Source: Geosiphon pyriformis uo1 (Eukaryota; Fungi; Glomeromycota). From it: a DNA stretch of 64,000 nt. Below are positions 61,815 to 64,000 of the stretch, piece after piece. A model generated the notes under the pieces. It made no database searches. It saw only the letters and a list, made by a program, of their open reading frames with translations, and was not told the origin of the DNA. The translations under genes and the position numbers were made by a program. Within the stretch, counting starts at the first letter, position 1. Each line of letters begins with the position of its first letter. Location of the stretch: assembly GCA_016748015.1 (NCBI GenBank), contig JAAOMT010000181.1:100481-164480 (forward strand), in the 5' to 3' direction.

Positions 61815-62267
61815 AATTTTAATTTTTTTTAACATCGTTGAAACTCAATTTGACGTGATTGAAGAAAAATTTTAAAAATATTCGATGCCGATTTTTAAAT
61901 AAGAGTTAAAAAAGAGAAAAAACAATGATTTAGCGATACAGCTATATATATAGTTAAGCTTTTGATAAATATTCGTAGAAAAAAATATTTTTTCTAAATC
62001 ATTCATGTTATTATTATTATTATTATTTCATTAAACTATAAATTTTTTGTTGTCTTTTTTTTTTTTTTTTTTTTTNNNNNNNNNNNNNNNNNNNNACAAA
62101 GAAATTTTTTTTTTTTTTTTTTGACCTTGATACACGATTACATTTCTTATTAGATAATAACCATAAGACAAATGACACCATTGACTTTTATGTAAGATTA
62201 TTTTTTTTCACTGAAAAAGAAAGTGGGTAAAGTTACTTTTTTCGATTTGTGATATTTGTTCCATTTA

Positions 62268-62396
62268 TTTGGTTGGTTGGTTGGTTGGTTGATTGATTGA
62301 TTGATTAGTTTGGTTGTGTTAGGTTGCGTTGGGTTGTGTTTGGTTGTGTTGGGTTGTGTTGTGTTGGGTTGGTTGGTTGGTTGGTTGGTTGGTTGT
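62268..62396. repeat. (TTGG)n / GT-rich simple repeat
   Basis: Direct reading. Confidence 0.85.
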
Positions 62397-62675
62397 TTCT
62401 TTTTTCTTTCGATTATGTTTTCTTCTTTCTCTTCTTTCTCTTCTTTTCTTTTATTTAAGAAAAAATTTGATTATATTATCAATCCATCAGATCAAAATTT
62501 TCAAAATTCAAAATTCAAAAATGACAAATAGTTTATTTTATTTTATTTGTTTATTTCATTGGAATTTTCTTTAAAAAAAAGCAGTCTTTTTTCAATTTCA
62601 TTCATGGTAAATGAAAATATTTTTAATTGGTTCCTTTTATTTTCTTTTGAGCAAAAAAATTATTTTCAAGATTTT

Positions 62676-62710
<35 letters not shown>

Positions 62711-62799
62711 GAGAATGATTTGTTGTCAGTTTTGAAATTCATGATATCTGTAGATTCAAAAGTATGTTTATTTGAAAAATATTGTAAATCAATTCTTAA

Positions 62800-62856
62800 A
62801 ATTATTATTATTTTTATTATTATTATTATTTCAATAACAACGACAATAACAACAAC

Positions 62857-62910
<54 letters not shown>

Positions 62911-62912
62911 CG
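62800..62912. repeat. (ATT)n followed by (AAC)/(AAT)n microsatellite
   Basis: Direct reading. Confidence 0.85.
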
Positions 62913-63279
62913 TCGTCACAAATAAAAGGTTTATTTTTGAAATCCTAATTTTCTTTCTTTCAAAGAATCAATATTATATTTGAAAGTTACGCAGATGTCA
63001 AACTTAAAAAAGTTCCTAAAAAAAGTTCAGTTCGGAATATGCTATGACTCGGACAAATGGGATCCGACTGATATTAAGGAAAGGAAAGGAGGGAAAAGAG
63101 GGAAAAGAGGGAGTTTATTCATCATTGATCTACTAAATATGTACTTAACCACTTCTTATCAACAATACGTTTATGGTAAAAAAAGTGATCAACCAAAAAG
63201 GGTTCCGAAAAAACGTTTGTAACTCCTTTTTTTTTTTTTTTTTTTTTTTTTNNNNNNNNNNNNNNNNNNNNATTTAAAT

Positions 63280-63338
<59 letters not shown>

Positions 63339-63968
63339 TAAAAGATGTTTCAAAAAAAGTTAAGCAAAATTCTCTTGTTGGGTATTTTTGTTTTTGGAAA
63401 AATTTTTTTTTTCTCGGAGTTTTGAGTTATTATAGGGTTTTGATTTACAAATTTTAAAATAATAATTTTAAAATATTTTTTTAGATGAGAGAATTAAAAA
63501 AAGAATTATCTCGGTTTCTTTTTTTATTTTTTTTCCTGATACGACTCTAAATAAGTTTTTTTAATTATGATGAAGAAGCTAAAAAAACTAAACTCGGCGA
63601 GTTCATTCTTGATGATGATGATGATGATGATTGTGATTATGATGATGGTGATTATGATTATGATTATGATCATCATTAATAATAATAATAATAATAAAAT
63701 ATTATTATTATTATTATAATCATCATCACCATCGTCATTTTAAACTTGTTTGATTTTTGGAAATCAAACATCCCAATTCTAAAAAAAAATCTAGACATTT
63801 TTACGATGTAATATACCTCAATCATAAGATCAAATAAAAAATATATATATATATTTTTTCATTTATTTTAAATATGAAAGTGACGTAACACCAAAAAAGA
63901 TATTAGGCATCATGTAAGGAACACTTTTTATTTTTTGATATTAAAGTTAATCTTTTTTCCCTCAGCCT

Positions 63969-64000
<32 letters not shown>

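Noticed and set aside
62301-62983. Hydrophobic V/G/W- and poly-Ile ORFs
   Set aside because: They derive from (TTGG)n and (AAT)n repeats; no domain motifs.
62980-63222. 80-aa ORF in higher-complexity sequence
   Set aside because: No recognisable motif or splice structure, and it includes a purine repeat. It may be UTR or promoter DNA.

Overview
This is AT-rich eukaryotic DNA. My recollection of similar repeat-encoded proteins suggests a Glomeromycota-type fungus such as Geosiphon, which I have not verified. About 1-60,100 is a nested pile of transposable elements with CpG almost absent and every ORF broken, mostly by C>T/G>A changes. Non-LTR content: three ~6.75 kb LINEs of one family (ORF1 RRM-like+CCHC; ORF2 APE-RT-RNase H-CCHC), the 5' end of a second LINE family, and remnants of an ORF1-only element that carries the LINE 3' UTR. 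LTR content: two fairly young full-length Ty3/Gypsy elements nested one inside the other (A 19974-39494, B 26611-36010), a solo LTR, and an older decayed Gypsy. There is also a 57-bp coding-type tandem repeat and a fossil pogo/Tigger DDE transposase. About 60,100-64,000 is microsatellite-rich, CpG-containing intergenic DNA with no supportable gene. The most interesting system is the Gypsy lineage. It has three ORFs: gag-PR-Cys cluster-dUTPase-RT-RNase H, then a STOP and a stand-alone integrase ORF, then a conserved non-env ORF3. Its gag frame opens inside the LTR. All three clean target-site duplications are 4 bp with a central CpG, and two elements inserted at the very same site. All alignments were done by eye; boundaries in decayed regions are approximate.
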